Below, one piece after another: positions 13,925-27,751 of a stretch of DNA of 64,000 bases (position 1 is its first letter; each line of letters opens with the position of its first letter). Origin of the DNA: Escherichia coli. GTDB taxonomy: Bacteria > Pseudomonadota > Gammaproteobacteria > Enterobacterales > Enterobacteriaceae. Both the position numbers and the translations under genes were made by a program. The stretch is taken from NCBI RefSeq assembly GCF_003334385.1, contig NZ_QOWN01000001.1; one strand, written 5' to 3'. Below the pieces are notes generated by a model. It was not told the origin of the DNA, searched no databases, and saw nothing but the letters and a program-made list of their open reading frames with translations.

Positions 13925-13950
13925 GGCGACTGATGAGTCGCCTTTTTTTT
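13925..13950 (+). terminator. pyrE attenuator (intrinsic terminator hairpin plus T-tract) between rph and pyrE
   Basis: Stem GGCGACT / AGTCGCC with loop GATG, followed by TTTTTTTT at 13943-13950. Confidence 0.8.
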
Positions 13951-13982
13951 GTCTGTAGAAAAGTAAGATGAGGAGCGAAGGC

Positions 13983-14624
13983 ATGAAACCATATCAGCGC
14001 CAGTTTATTGAATTTGCGCTTAGCAAGCAGGTGTTAAAGTTTGGCGAGTTTACGCTGAAATCCGGGCGCAAAAGCCCCTATTTCTTCAACGCCGGGCTGT
14101 TTAATACCGGGCGCGATCTGGCACTGTTAGGCCGTTTTTACGCTGAAGCGTTGGTGGATTCCGGCATTGAGTTCGATCTGCTGTTTGGCCCTGCTTACAA
14201 AGGGATCCCGATTGCCACCACAACCGCTGTGGCACTGGCGGAGCATCACGACCTGGACCTGCCGTACTGCTTTAACCGCAAAGAAGCAAAAGACCACGGT
14301 GAAGGCGGCAATCTGGTTGGTAGCGCGTTACAAGGACGCGTAATGCTGGTAGATGATGTGATCACCGCCGGAACGGCGATTCGCGAGTCGATGGAGATTA
14401 TTCAGGCCAATGGCGCGACGCTTGCTGGCGTGTTGATTTCGCTCGATCGTCAGGAACGCGGGCGCGGCGAGATTTCGGCGATTCAGGAAGTTGAGCGTGA
14501 TTACAACTGCAAAGTGATCTCTATCATCACCCTGAAAGACCTGATTGCTTACCTGGAAGAGAAGCCGGAAATGGCGGAACATCTGGCGGCGGTTAAGGCC
14601 TATCGCGAAGAGTTTGGCGTTTAA
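13983..14624 (+). CDS. pyrE: Orotate phosphoribosyltransferase
   Basis: ORF track frame from 13968; start at ATG 13983 ([15 protein letters not shown]..., 213 aa). Confidence 0.95.
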
Positions 14625-14631
14625 AGAAACT

Positions 14632-14655
14632 CGCCGGATGAAAAGTCATCCGGCG
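14632..14655. terminator. Hairpin between convergent pyrE and slmA (probable bidirectional terminator)
   Basis: Perfect inverted repeat CGCCGGATG-aaaagt-CATCCGGCG. Confidence 0.5.
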
Positions 14656-14660
14656 TCATA

Positions 14661-15257
14661 TTACTGCAACTGTGCCGCAATTAGCGGCCAGCGGGCGTCA
14701 AAATCATCCGTCGGGCGGTATTTAAATTCGCTGCGGACAAAACGTGACAGCATACCTTCACAGAAGGCCAGGATCTGGCTTGCCAGCAGGGTTTCATCGG
14801 TGGTGTAACCTTCACCCTCACGCATTCTCTTTTCACGCAATACCTGGCGCAGCTGCGCTTCAATACGCTCGAACAGCTGGTTGATGCGCCCTTGCAGGCG
14901 ATCCTGTTCAAACATTAGCGCATGACCAGTGAGGATGCGGGTCAGGCCAGGATTACGCTCACCAAAACCGAGAAGCAGCAACACAATCAGACGCAGGCGC
15001 GCTGTGGTGTCTTTCTCATCTTTCAGAATCAGGTTGATGCGAGTAATCAGGCTATCTTCGATAAACTCAATCAGGCTATCGAACATGCGGGTCTTACTGG
15101 GGAAGTGGCGATACAGTGCCGCTTCGGAAACGCCGACAGAGGCGGCCAGTTTTGCCGTCGTGATACGTTGGCTTCCATCGCTGGATTCCAGCATCAGCGC
15201 CAGAGACTGAAGTATTTCCTCGCGACGGTTCCTTTTCGCAGTTTGTTTTTCTGCCAT
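14661..15257 (-). CDS. slmA: Nucleoid occlusion factor SlmA (TetR family)
   Basis: ORF track frame 14661..15299; start at internal Met [20 protein letters not shown] (198 aa). Confidence 0.92.
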
Positions 15258-15363
15258 GTTACAAAATACCCCTGAAAATAAGCACTTGCCAGGCGGCACC
15301 CACGCTATGACCGCAAACGAAATGTTTGCGGCTATGTTATGACGTTATTCGGATGCGTATGTG

Positions 15364-15822
15364 TTACTGACGACCAGAGTGACCAAAGCCGCCTTCACCG
15401 CGGTCGGTGGCGTCGAAATCTTCCACCAGATTAAATTCAGCCTGTACTACCGGAACAAAAATCATCTGGGCGATGCGTTCGCCAGGTTGAATGGTGAAGC
15501 TGTCCTGACCACGGTTCCACACGGAAATCATCAACTGGCCCTGATAGTCAGAATCGATCAATCCTACCAGGTTACCAAGCACGATACCGTGCTTATGTCC
15601 CAATCCGGAGCGCGGCAGCATCATTGCCGCCAGTGAAGGATCGGCAATATGAATCGCCAGCCCGGTCGGAACCAGCGTAGTGTCACCCGGAGCCAGTTCT
15701 ACGGCGTCGTTGAGACAGGCACGCAGGTCAAGTCCGGCAGAGCCAGAGGTGGCATAAGTCGGGAGCGGAAATTCCTTCCCAACGCGCGGGTCCAGAATCT
15801 TAACGTCGATTTTTTTCATCAT
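15364..15822 (-). CDS. dut: dUTP pyrophosphatase
   Basis: 152-aa [36 protein letters not shown]...; start may be the second ATG (one codon shorter). Confidence 0.93.
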
Positions 15823-17020
15823 AACGGGTCACGATCTCGTCGAGTAATAATTGGCCAAGGAGCTCTTTGCGCTCAAGCGGTAAGACTTTATCTCCGTCCT
15901 GCCAGAAAAGGTGTAATGCGTTGTTGTCGCTGTTAAATCCTTGAGTTGGCTGGGAAACATCGTTCGCGCAGATCAGATCAAGGTTTTTACGGATACGTTT
16001 TTGCCGGGCGTATTCTTCCACATTATTTGTTTCGGCGGCAAATCCAACGACGTAGGGTCGATGGTCTTTTAGTGCGGCAACGCCTGCGACGATATCGGGG
16101 TTTTTAACCATTTTTATTGTTAATTCATCACCCTGCGTGGCCTGCTTTTTGATTTTCTCTGGGGCCACGGTAGCTGCGCGATAATCCGCCACGGCGGCGC
16201 AGCCGATAAAAATATTTTGCTGCTGTACAGAAGCATTCACGGCGGCTTCCATTTCCAGCGCGGTCATCACATCAACACGTTTAACAAACGGTGGCGTCGG
16301 TAGTGAAACCGGACCTGATACCAGCGTGACGTTCGCGCCACGACGGGCAGCGGCGGCGGCGATAGCAAAACCCATCTTGCCGGAGCTGTGATTAGAGATA
16401 TAACGCACCGGATCGAGCGGTTCACGCGTCGGGCCGGCGGTAATCATAATGTTCAGATGTTTCAGGTCGTTGACGGGCGAAAAATGCGCTACCGCCATAT
16501 CCACAATGGTTAACGGATCGAGCATTCGCCCAGGACCGATATCACCACAAGCCTGACTGCCACTGTCTGGCCCCCAGATGAGCAAACCACGGGAAGCAAG
16601 CACCTCTAAATTATGCTGCGTGGCAGCGGCACGGTACATCTGCTGGTTCATGGCGGGGAGCACGGCTACAGGCGCAGGTGTAGCCAGACAAATCGTCGAT
16701 ACCAGGTCATTCGCCATTCCGGCAGCAACACGGGCAATCAAATCTGCCGTGGCAGGGGCGAGAATCACTAAATCAGCCCATTTACCCAGCTCAATATGGC
16801 CCATAGCGGCTTCGGCTGCCGGGTCCAGCAGACTGTCGGAAACGGGATAACCAGAAACCGCCTGCAAGCTAAGTGGGGTGATAAAGGCTTTTGCCGCTTC
16901 GGTCATGGCTACGCGGACGTCGGCCCCGCGATCGCGCAAACGACGCACCAGTTCAGGGGTTTTATAGGCAGCAATACCGCCGCTAACGCCGAGAACGATT
17001 TTTTTACCGGCCAGGCTCAT
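15800..17020 (-). CDS. coaBC: Bifunctional phosphopantothenoylcysteine decarboxylase / phosphopantothenate-cysteine ligase
   Basis: ORF track frame 15800..17092; start at internal Met [20 protein letters not shown] (406 aa); 3' end overlaps dut start by 23 bp. Confidence 0.94.
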
Positions 17021-17191
17021 GATGATTTTTCCTGTAGGGTGACACCAGAAGTTGGCGATTTTATCACAATACTTTTGTTGTCGTGCCTTCACCTGAGATT
17101 CACTTTGCGAGGCGCTTTCCAGGATTGAAAACTGGCCGTCGATTTAACGAAACGGCTATGACAGGATGCGAGCACCACAAAGGAGGTGAAG

Positions 17192-17860
17192 GTGAAAAAC
17201 AATTCACAGCTGTTGATGCCGCGCGAAAAAATGCTGAAGTTTGGTATTAGCGCCTTAACGGATGTCGAGCTGCTGGCGCTATTTCTGCGTACCGGAACGC
17301 GCGGTAAAGATGTATTAACCCTGGCAAAAGAGATGCTGGAGAATTTCGGCTCTCTTTATGGCTTGTTAACCTCTGAATATGAACAATTTAGTGGCGTTCA
17401 TGGAATTGGCGTGGCGAAATTTGCCCAGTTAAAGGGGATTGCTGAACTGGCGCGGCGTTACTACAACGTGCGGATGCGTGAAGAAAGCCCTTTACTCAGC
17501 CCGGAGATGACGAGGGAATTTTTACAAAGCCAGCTCACGGGTGAGGAGCGGGAGATCTTTATGGTGATCTTTCTCGACTCCCAACACCGGGTTATAACGC
17601 ATAGGCGTCTTTTTTCCGGCACGCTAAACCATGTTGAAGTCCATCCTCGGGAAATTATCCGCGAAGCGATAAAAATAAACGCCTCGGCGCTGATCCTTGC
17701 ACATAATCACCCTTCGGGTTGTGCTGAACCCAGTAAAGCGGATAAACTCATTACTGAACGGATAATAAAGAGTTGTCAGTTCATGGATTTACGCGTGCTC
17801 GACCATATCGTGATTGGGCGTGGAGAGTATGTTTCTTTTGCCGAACGCGGCTGGATTTAA
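17192..17860 (+). CDS. yicR: UPF0758 / RadC-like JAB domain protein YicR
   Basis: ORF track frame from GTG 17186; preferred start GTG 17192 (MKNNSQLL...), 5 nt after AGGAGG at 17181-17186; HNHPSG JAB motif. Confidence 0.88.
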   Translation: MKNNSQLLMPREKMLKFGISALTDVELLALFLRTGTRGKDVLTLAKEMLENFGSLYGLLTSEYEQFSGVHGIGVAKFAQLKGIAELARRYYNVRMREESPLLSPEMTREFLQSQLTGEEREIFMVIFLDSQHRVITHRRLFSGTLNHVEVHPREIIREAIKINASALILAHNHPSGCAEPSKADKLITERIIKSCQFMDLRVLDHIVIGRGEYVSFAERGWI

Positions 17861-18055
17861 CCCGCTATGCGCGATCCTTCGGGATCTTTGTCTGTTCGGG
17901 ACTTGAGCACATCGCTGAGTCAGCGTATACTACGCCACCTTTGAGAATCTCGGGTTTGGCATTTGGGCCTGGCAATCGAGAGTTCACATAGAACTGCGAT
18001 GACCGGGCTGTAAAGCCTGACGAGGCGCCAATACCCCATACGAAGCTCGAGCTAA

Positions 18056-18313
<258 letters not shown>

Positions 18314-18330
18314 GTACTTAGAGGAAATAA

Positions 18331-18501
<171 letters not shown>

Positions 18502-18518
18502 TTCTCGCTTTGATGTAA

Positions 18519-18549
18519 CAAAAAACCTCGCTCCGGCGGGGTTTTTTGT
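18519..18549 (+). terminator. Intrinsic terminator after rpmBG
   Basis: CAAAAAACC...GGTTTTTTG outer inverted repeat around a GC-rich core, followed by a T-tract. Confidence 0.7.
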
Positions 18550-18598
18550 TATCTGCTTGCCCCCATATTGACTGCATCTGTTCATTCCTGGAGATGCT

Positions 18599-19408
18599 AT
18601 GCCTGAATTACCCGAAGTTGAAACCAGCCGCCGCGGCATAGAACCGCATCTCGTTGGTGCAACCATTCTTCATGCAGTGGTGCGCAACGGACGCTTGCGC
18701 TGGCCGGTTTCAGAAGAGATCTACCGTTTAAGCGACCAACCAGTGCTTAGCGTGCAGCGGCGGGCTAAATATCTGCTGCTGGAGCTGCCTGAGGGCTGGA
18801 TTATCATTCATTTAGGGATGTCTGGCAGCCTGCGCATCCTTCCAGAAGAACTTCCCCCTGAAAAGCATGACCATGTGGATTTGGTGATGAGCAACGGCAA
18901 AGTGCTGCGCTACACCGATCCGCGCCGCTTTGGTGCCTGGCTGTGGACCAAAGAGCTGGAAGGGCATAATGTGCTGACCCATCTTGGACCGGAGCCGCTT
19001 AGCGACGATTTCAATGGTGAGTATCTGCATCAGAAGTGCGCGAAGAAAAAAACGGCGATTAAACCGTGGCTGATGGATAACAAGCTGGTGGTAGGGGTAG
19101 GGAATATCTATGCCAGCGAATCACTGTTTGCGGCGGGGATCCATCCGGATCGGCTGGCGTCATCACTGTCGCTGGCAGAGTGTGAATTGTTAGCTCGGGT
19201 GATTAAAGCGGTGTTGCTGCGTTCGATTGAGCAGGGTGGTACAACGCTGAAAGATTTTCTGCAAAGTGATGGTAAACCGGGCTATTTCGCTCAGGAATTG
19301 CAGGTTTACGGGCGAAAAGGTGAGCCGTGTCGGGTGTGCGGTACGCCGATTGTGGCGACTAAACATGCGCAGCGGGCAACGTTTTATTGTCGGCAGTGCC
19401 AGAAGTAA
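18599..19408 (+). CDS. mutM: Formamidopyrimidine-DNA glycosylase
   Basis: 269-aa [21 protein letters not shown]...; C-terminal zinc finger CxxC...CxxC. Confidence 0.96.
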
Positions 19409-19417
19409 TTCATGCGC

Positions 19418-19439
19418 GCCGGATGGCATACCATCCGGC
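19418..19439. terminator. Hairpin between convergent mutM and coaD
   Basis: Inverted repeat GCCGGATGG-cata-CCATCCGGC. Confidence 0.55.
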
Positions 19440-19446
19440 ATAAACG

Positions 19447-21211
<1,765 letters not shown>

Positions 21212-21557
21212 AGTAAATAGCTGACTTATGGATGTGCTGGGGATTCTATGTATTTAGCTGTGGCTTTACCATTACTTTTCCCGTTTTTGACTTAAATAGC
21301 TTCAGTTTGGTCTGATCTGCCGCTACATCTTCATTTTTTTTGTATTTTTATGCGATTCATTGAAACTCGGCCCCATTTTCAAATCTACATAGGCCGTACT
21401 GACATTATCGAAATGCTATTTTTTATCTATTTGATTTTTATGATTAAAGTATATTTTGTGTATAAAAATCATTCGGGTCGGATTGCTGCGAAAGAAATGA
21501 TACACTAGCACGTCAAAGTAAGTGCGTTATCAGTATTCAGGTAGCTGTTGAGCCTGG

Positions 21558-21569
21558 GGCGGTAGCGTG
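21558..21569 (+). promoter_or_regulatory. ops element (RfaH-dependent antitermination signal) in the waaQ leader
   Basis: GGCGGTAGCGTG, about 50 bp upstream of waaQ within a 405-bp AT-rich divergent intergenic region. Confidence 0.8.
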
Positions 21570-21616
21570 CTTTTTTCTGCTTAACTTAACCAGACAATCA
21601 CACAAAAGAGTCGCTA

Positions 21617-22687
21617 GTGGAAAAGCCATTTCGAAAAATCCTGGTCATAAAGATGCGATATCATGGGGATATGTTATTAACTACTCCTGTCATCAGTACG
21701 CTCAAGCAGAATTATCCTGATGCAAAAATCGATATGCTGCTTTATCAGGACACCATCCCTATTTTGTCTGAAAACCCGGAAATTAATGCGCTCTATGGGA
21801 TAAGCAATAAAGGTGCGGGAACTTTCGATAAAATTAAAAATGTGCTTTCGTTGATAAAAACTCTGCGTGCGAATAATTATGACCTGGTCATTAATCTTAC
21901 GGATCAGTGGATGGTGGCGCTGCTGGTACGTTGTTTACCTGCACGGATGAAAATATCGCAACTTTATGGTCATCGGCAGCATGGTATTTGGAAAAAAAGC
22001 TTCACACACTTAGCGCCAATACACGGTACACATATTGTTGAGCGTAATTTATCGGTCCTTGAGCCATTAGGTATTACCGATTTCTACACCGACACAACAA
22101 TGAGTTACGCCGAAGATTGCTGGAAGAAGATGCGCCGGGAATTAGATGCCCTGGGCGTAAAAGATCATTATGTTGTCATCCAACCGACAGCGCGTCAGAT
22201 ATTTAAGTGTTGGGATAACGATAAATTTTCTAAGGTTATCGATGCGCTGCAACAGCGAGGCTATCAGGTTGTGCTAACCTGTGGGCCCTCGGCAGATGAT
22301 CTCGCTTGTGTAGATGAGATTGCACGAGGTTGCGAAACAAAACCCATTACTGGCCTTGCAGGTAAAACACGTTTTCCTGAACTGGGTGCATTAATTGATC
22401 ATGCAGTGCTTTTTATTGGTGTGGATTCTGCGCCGGGACATATTGCAGCGGCAGTGAAAACGCCAGTCATTAGTCTATTTGGTGCAACGGATCACGTATT
22501 CTGGCGTCCCTGGACCGAGAATATTATTCAATTCTGGGCGGGGAATTATCAGAAAATGCCGACCCGGCATGAACTTGACCGCAACAAAAAATATCTTTCT
22601 GTTATCCCAGCGGAGGATGTGATCGCCGCTACGGAAAAGCTGTTGCCAGAAGATGCCCCTTCAGCTGACAGGAATGCACAATTATGA
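21617..22687 (+). CDS. waaQ: LPS core heptosyltransferase III
   Basis: 356-aa ORF from GTG 21617 (MEKPFRKILVIKMRYHGDMLL...); alternative ATG at 21653 gives 344 aa. Confidence 0.9.
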   Translation: MEKPFRKILVIKMRYHGDMLLTTPVISTLKQNYPDAKIDMLLYQDTIPILSENPEINALYGISNKGAGTFDKIKNVLSLIKTLRANNYDLVINLTDQWMVALLVRCLPARMKISQLYGHRQHGIWKKSFTHLAPIHGTHIVERNLSVLEPLGITDFYTDTTMSYAEDCWKKMRRELDALGVKDHYVVIQPTARQIFKCWDNDKFSKVIDALQQRGYQVVLTCGPSADDLACVDEIARGCETKPITGLAGKTRFPELGALIDHAVLFIGVDSAPGHIAAAVKTPVISLFGATDHVFWRPWTENIIQFWAGNYQKMPTRHELDRNKKYLSVIPAEDVIAATEKLLPEDAPSADRNAQL

Positions 22688-23808
22688 TCGTGGCGTTTTG
22701 TTTATATAAATATTTTCCATTTGGTGGGCTTCAACGTGACTTTATGCGCATTGCATCAACAGTTGCCGCACGGGGCCACCATGTTCGGGTATATACACAG
22801 TCGTGGGAAGGCGATTGCCCGAAAGCATTTGAGCTTATTCAGGTGCCAGTTAAGTCCCATACCAACCATGGACGCAATGCAGAATATTATGCCTGGGTAC
22901 AAAATCATCTCAAAGAGCATCCCGCAGATCGCGTTGTTGGGTTTAATAAGATGCCTGGCCTGGATGTTTATTTTGCCGCTGATGTTTGTTACGCCGAGAA
23001 AGTTGCGCAAGAAAAAGGTTTTTTATATCGTTTAACATCACGATATCGCCATTATGCCGCATTTGAGCGAGCGACTTTCGAGCAGGGTAAATCGACGAAA
23101 CTTATGATGCTGACCGATAAGCAAATCGCCGATTTCCAGAAGCATTATCAAACTGAACCTGAACGTTTTCAAATTCTTCCTCCCGGTATTTATCCGGACA
23201 GAAAATACAGTGAGCAAATCCCAAACAGCCGTGAAATTTATCGCCAGAAAAATGGCATAAAAGAGCAACAAAACTTATTACTGCAGGTTGGATCAGATTT
23301 TGGCCGTAAAGGTGTAGATCGCTCAATTGAAGCTTTGGCATCGTTACCGGAATCATTACGTCACAATACGCTTTTATTTGTTGTTGGTCAGGATAAGCCG
23401 CGAAAATTTGAAGCGCTGGCAGAAAAACTCGGCGTGCGGAGCAATGTGCATTTCTTCTCCGGTCGCAATGATGTGTCAGAATTAATGGCAGCCGCTGATT
23501 TATTACTGCATCCCGCTTATCAGGAAGCCGCGGGTATCGTTCTTCTAGAAGCGATCACTGCTGGGTTACCTGTTTTAACAACAGCGGTATGTGGGTACGC
23601 GCATTATATTGCGGATGCCAATTGTGGAACGGTCATCGCTGAACCTTTCTCTCAGGAACAATTAAATGAAGTTTTACGTAAAGCGCTAACTCAGTCGCCA
23701 TTGCGAATGGCCTGGGCGGAGAATGCTCGCCATTATGCCGATACTCAGGATTTGTATAGCTTGCCAGAAAAAGCCGCGGATATCATTACAGGTGGTTTAG
23801 ATGGTTGA
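22684..23808 (+). CDS. waaG: LPS core glucosyltransferase I
   Basis: 374-aa ORF; 4-bp overlap with waaQ stop. Confidence 0.95.
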   Translation: MIVAFCLYKYFPFGGLQRDFMRIASTVAARGHHVRVYTQSWEGDCPKAFELIQVPVKSHTNHGRNAEYYAWVQNHLKEHPADRVVGFNKMPGLDVYFAADVCYAEKVAQEKGFLYRLTSRYRHYAAFERATFEQGKSTKLMMLTDKQIADFQKHYQTEPERFQILPPGIYPDRKYSEQIPNSREIYRQKNGIKEQQNLLLQVGSDFGRKGVDRSIEALASLPESLRHNTLLFVVGQDKPRKFEALAEKLGVRSNVHFFSGRNDVSELMAAADLLLHPAYQEAAGIVLLEAITAGLPVLTTAVCGYAHYIADANCGTVIAEPFSQEQLNEVLRKALTQSPLRMAWAENARHYADTQDLYSLPEKAADIITGGLDG

Positions 23809-24598
23809 ATTAAAAGAGCCGCTTGCCACACTTTGGCGTGGTAAAGATGCTTTTGCAGAGGTCAAAAAACTGAACGGCGAGGTCTTTCGTGAACTGGAGA
23901 CTCGTCGTACATTACGCTTTGAACTGTCCGGGAAAAGCTATTTTCTTAAATGGCACAAGGGGACGACATTAAAAGAGATTATAAAAAATCTACTCTCATT
24001 GCGGATGCCCGTTTTGGGCGCAGACAGAGAGTGGCACGCTATTCATCGCCTGAGTGATGTTGGCGTTGATACAATGAAGGGCATTGGGTTTGGCGAAAAA
24101 GGGTTAAATCCATTAACTCGCGCATCATTTATTATTACCGAAGATCTCACTCCCACAATTAGCCTTGAAGATTATTGTGCCGATTGGGCAGTCAACCCGC
24201 CTGATATACGTGTTAAGCGTATGCTGATCGCACGTGTAGCAACTATGGTGCGTAAAATGCATACTGCAGGGATAAATCACCGCGACTGTTACATTTGCCA
24301 CTTTTTGCTTCATTTGCCATTTACTGGCCGGGAAGATGAATTAAAAATTTCAGTTATCGATCTGCATCGGGCACAGATACGTGTAAAATTACCGCGCCGC
24401 TGGCGCGATAAAGACCTGATTGGTTTATATTTCTCATCAATGAATATTGGCCTGACGCAAAGAGATATCTGGCGATTTATGAAGGTTTATTTTGGGATGC
24501 CTTTACGCAAAATATTGTCTCTTGAACAGAATTTATTGAACATGGCAAGCGTTAAGGCCGAGCGTATTAAAGAGCGAACACAACGCAAAGGATTATAA
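23801..24598 (+). CDS. waaP: LPS core heptose(I) kinase
   Basis: 265-aa ORF; 8-bp overlap with waaG. Confidence 0.95.
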   Translation: MVELKEPLATLWRGKDAFAEVKKLNGEVFRELETRRTLRFELSGKSYFLKWHKGTTLKEIIKNLLSLRMPVLGADREWHAIHRLSDVGVDTMKGIGFGEKGLNPLTRASFIITEDLTPTISLEDYCADWAVNPPDIRVKRMLIARVATMVRKMHTAGINHRDCYICHFLLHLPFTGREDELKISVIDLHRAQIRVKLPRRWRDKDLIGLYFSSMNIGLTQRDIWRFMKVYFGMPLRKILSLEQNLLNMASVKAERIKERTQRKGL

Positions 24599-24634
24599 AA
24601 ATATTTATTAGTATGTACTGGAACTAACTTTATT

Positions 24635-25570
24635 ATGACTATTTATTTTATAAATTGGGTTGCAGATTATGAATTAAAAATGATTCAGTACCTGAAAAAA
24701 AAGTACAAGATAAAAAATATAACAACACCAAAAAAATATAACTGGATTAATAAAAAAATATCAAAAATAGGGATGGATAATGCATGGCTGGGGCGATTAT
24801 TCATCAAGCATTACCTCAATGATATTAAAAAAGATGACATAATTATCATTAATGACAGTGTTGTTAATAAAGGTATCAATAAACAAATATTAAAAAATAT
24901 TAACTGTCATAAAGTTTTGCTTCTAAGAAATACTGTTGGCGAAGATTTTATTCTTGATAACGCGAATTATTTCGATATTATATATGATTTTGAGCATAGA
25001 TTTATAGGGAATGAAAAGATCAAGGCAATAGAACAATTTTTTCCTATAGGAATGGATGAAATTAGAAATTATAGTTTATCTGACAAAAATAACAGCCAGC
25101 CAATATGTTTTTTCCTTGGTCGTGATAAAGGGCGTCTTCAAATAATTAATGAGTTAGCCGAGAGATTAACAACACTAGGATGTAAGCTAGATTTTAATGT
25201 TGTCAAAGATAAGACATCATCTACGACTTCAAAGTATTTGATTGAAAAACAAATATCTTATGAAGAGAATATTAGAAGAACATTAAATGCTAATATAATT
25301 GTTGATATAACCAAAGAAAACCAATCTGGCTGGACTCTTCGTATACTTGAGGCACTATTTTTCAATAAAAAATTAATTACTAATAATATAAATGTATTTG
25401 GTTCAGAAATCTATAGTGAATCTCGCTTTTTTATAATAGGTCATGATGATTGGGATAAGTTAGAGTATTTTATTAACTCATCTGTTAAACCAATGGATTA
25501 TGATAGTTTATATAAATTCAGTCCAGATAAAATGATGTCAACGATTGTTTCTGATTTTATAGACAAATAA
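24635..25570 (+). CDS. waaS: LPS core biosynthesis protein WaaS
   Basis: 311-aa ORF, very AT-rich; position and size fit K-12 waaS. Confidence 0.85.
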
Positions 25571-25613
25571 AACCGTTAAAACAGTGAGTTTTACTCAATT
25601 AATGAGAGTTTCT

Positions 25614-26693
25614 ATGAAAATAGCGTTTATCGGCGAAGCTGTTTCTGGATTTGGCGGCATGGAAACTGTCATCCGTGATGTTATTACTACCTTCAGGCAA
25701 CAACATATCCAAAGTGAAATGTTTTTCTTTTGTCGTAATGACAAAATGGATAAGGGATGGCTGGAAGGTATTAAATACTCATGTTCATTTTCCAATATTC
25801 GTTTAGGTTTTTTGCGTCGGGCGAAACATATTCATGCTCTAAGTAAATGGCTTCAGGAGTACCAACCAGATATCGTTATTTGTATTGATGTGATCTCCTG
25901 CCTGTTTGCCGCAAAAGCACGTAAAAAATCAGGAATTGATATGCCAGTATTTTCATGGCCACATTTTTCTTTAGATCACAAAAAACATGCTGAATATATC
26001 ACCTGTGCCGACTATCATTTAGCAATCAGCTCTGGCATTAAACAGCAAATGATTAATCGAGGTGTAGCAGAATCGACGATAAATGTTATTTTTAATCCCG
26101 TCGAAACTAAAGACTCAGTCATTCCCGCGCCCGAGGAAGGTGAAACGGCAACGTTTATTTATGTTGGGCGTATGAAATTTGAAGGCCAGAAAAGAGTTAA
26201 AGACCTGCTTGATGGCTTATCACAAGCGAAAGGTAACTGGAAACTCCATGTATTGGGTGATGGCTCCGATTTCGAAAAATGCCAGGCTTATGGTAGAGAA
26301 TTAAATATTGATGATCGAATTGTCTGGTATGGTTGGCAACAATATCCCTGGGAATTGGTCCAGCAAGATATTGAAAAAGTGAGTGCGTTATTGCTCACGT
26401 CATCTTTTGAAGGTTTCCCAATGACCCTACTTGAAGCCTTGTCGTGGGGGATTCCTTGTATCAGTGCCGATTGTGTCTCCGGGCCTGCTGACATTATTCA
26501 ACCTGATGTCAATGGCCATCTGTATCAACCGGGAGATATTGCTGGTTTTGTAACTCTTCTAAATAAATATATAGCAGGTGAAATTCATATCGAACATGAA
26601 AAAATTCCTGCGTCGATCGATGAATTTTACCAATCGAAGTATTACGATAGATTACATAAGGTAATTATTTCTGCTATTTCCCGGAGGAAATAA
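25614..26693 (+). CDS. waaB: LPS core alpha-1,6-galactosyltransferase
   Basis: ORF track frame from 25584; start at internal Met MKIAFIGEAVSGFGGMETV (359 aa). Confidence 0.9.
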   Translation: MKIAFIGEAVSGFGGMETVIRDVITTFRQQHIQSEMFFFCRNDKMDKGWLEGIKYSCSFSNIRLGFLRRAKHIHALSKWLQEYQPDIVICIDVISCLFAAKARKKSGIDMPVFSWPHFSLDHKKHAEYITCADYHLAISSGIKQQMINRGVAESTINVIFNPVETKDSVIPAPEEGETATFIYVGRMKFEGQKRVKDLLDGLSQAKGNWKLHVLGDGSDFEKCQAYGRELNIDDRIVWYGWQQYPWELVQQDIEKVSALLLTSSFEGFPMTLLEALSWGIPCISADCVSGPADIIQPDVNGHLYQPGDIAGFVTLLNKYIAGEIHIEHEKIPASIDEFYQSKYYDRLHKVIISAISRRK

Positions 26694-27712
26694 TGCAGCA
26701 GGTGTTTTTCCAGGAAACTGAGTTTCTTAATTCAGTTATTGATTATGATCATAAAGTAGAAACAGAAAATCTTTGTCTGGACATCGCTTATGGAACTGAC
26801 AAAAACTTTCTATTTGGTTGCGGAATTTCGATTGCTTCAATATTAAAATATAATGAAGGAAGTCGATTGTGTTTCCATATTTTTACTGATTATTTTGGTG
26901 ATGATGATCGTAAGTATTTTGATGCCCTGGCGTTGCAGTATAAAACCAGAATTAAAATATATCTGATTAATGGTGATCGACTGCGCTCATTGCCTAGCAC
27001 TAAGAATTGGACTCATGCAATATATTTTCGTTTTGTTATTGCAGATTACTTTATTAATAAGGCGCCTAAAGTCCTTTATCTGGATGCAGATATCATTTGT
27101 CAGGGGACTATTGAGCCACTAATTAATTTCTCATTTCCTGACGATAAAGTCGCAATGGTTGTTACAGAAGGGCAAGCTGACTGGTGGGAAAAACGCGCCC
27201 ATTCGTTAGGTGTTGCGGGAATTGCTAAAGGTTACTTTAACTCCGGTTTTTTATTGATTAATACTGCCCAATGGGCGGCTCAGCAGGTTTCTGCACGAGC
27301 TATTGCAATGCTAAATGAGCCAGAAATAATCAAAAAAATAACACATCCTGATCAGGATGTGTTAAATATGTTGCTGGCGGATAAACTTATTTTCGCTGAT
27401 ATTAAATATAACACCCAGTTCAGCTTAAATTATCAACTCAAAGAAAGCTTTATAAACCCAGTAACCAACGATACTATTTTTATCCATTATATCGGGCCAA
27501 CCAAGCCCTGGCATGATTGGGCCTGGGATTATCCTGTATCACAAGCCTTTATGGAGGCAAAAAATGCTTCGCCATGGAAGAATACGGCGTTGCTGAAACC
27601 GAACAATAGCAATCAATTAAGATATAGCGCAAAACATATGCTTAAAAAGCATAGATATCTAAAAGGATTTAGCAACTATCTTTTTTATTTTATTGAAAAG
27701 ATAAAGCATTAA
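26693..27712 (+). CDS. waaO: LPS core alpha-1,3-glucosyltransferase (GT8 family)
   Basis: 339-aa ORF; start shares a base with waaB stop. Confidence 0.9.
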   Translation: MQQVFFQETEFLNSVIDYDHKVETENLCLDIAYGTDKNFLFGCGISIASILKYNEGSRLCFHIFTDYFGDDDRKYFDALALQYKTRIKIYLINGDRLRSLPSTKNWTHAIYFRFVIADYFINKAPKVLYLDADIICQGTIEPLINFSFPDDKVAMVVTEGQADWWEKRAHSLGVAGIAKGYFNSGFLLINTAQWAAQQVSARAIAMLNEPEIIKKITHPDQDVLNMLLADKLIFADIKYNTQFSLNYQLKESFINPVTNDTIFIHYIGPTKPWHDWAWDYPVSQAFMEAKNASPWKNTALLKPNNSNQLRYSAKHMLKKHRYLKGFSNYLFYFIEKIKH

Positions 27713-27751
27713 AACTGGGAAACTATAAAGTAATGATATAAGGGTAGCATT

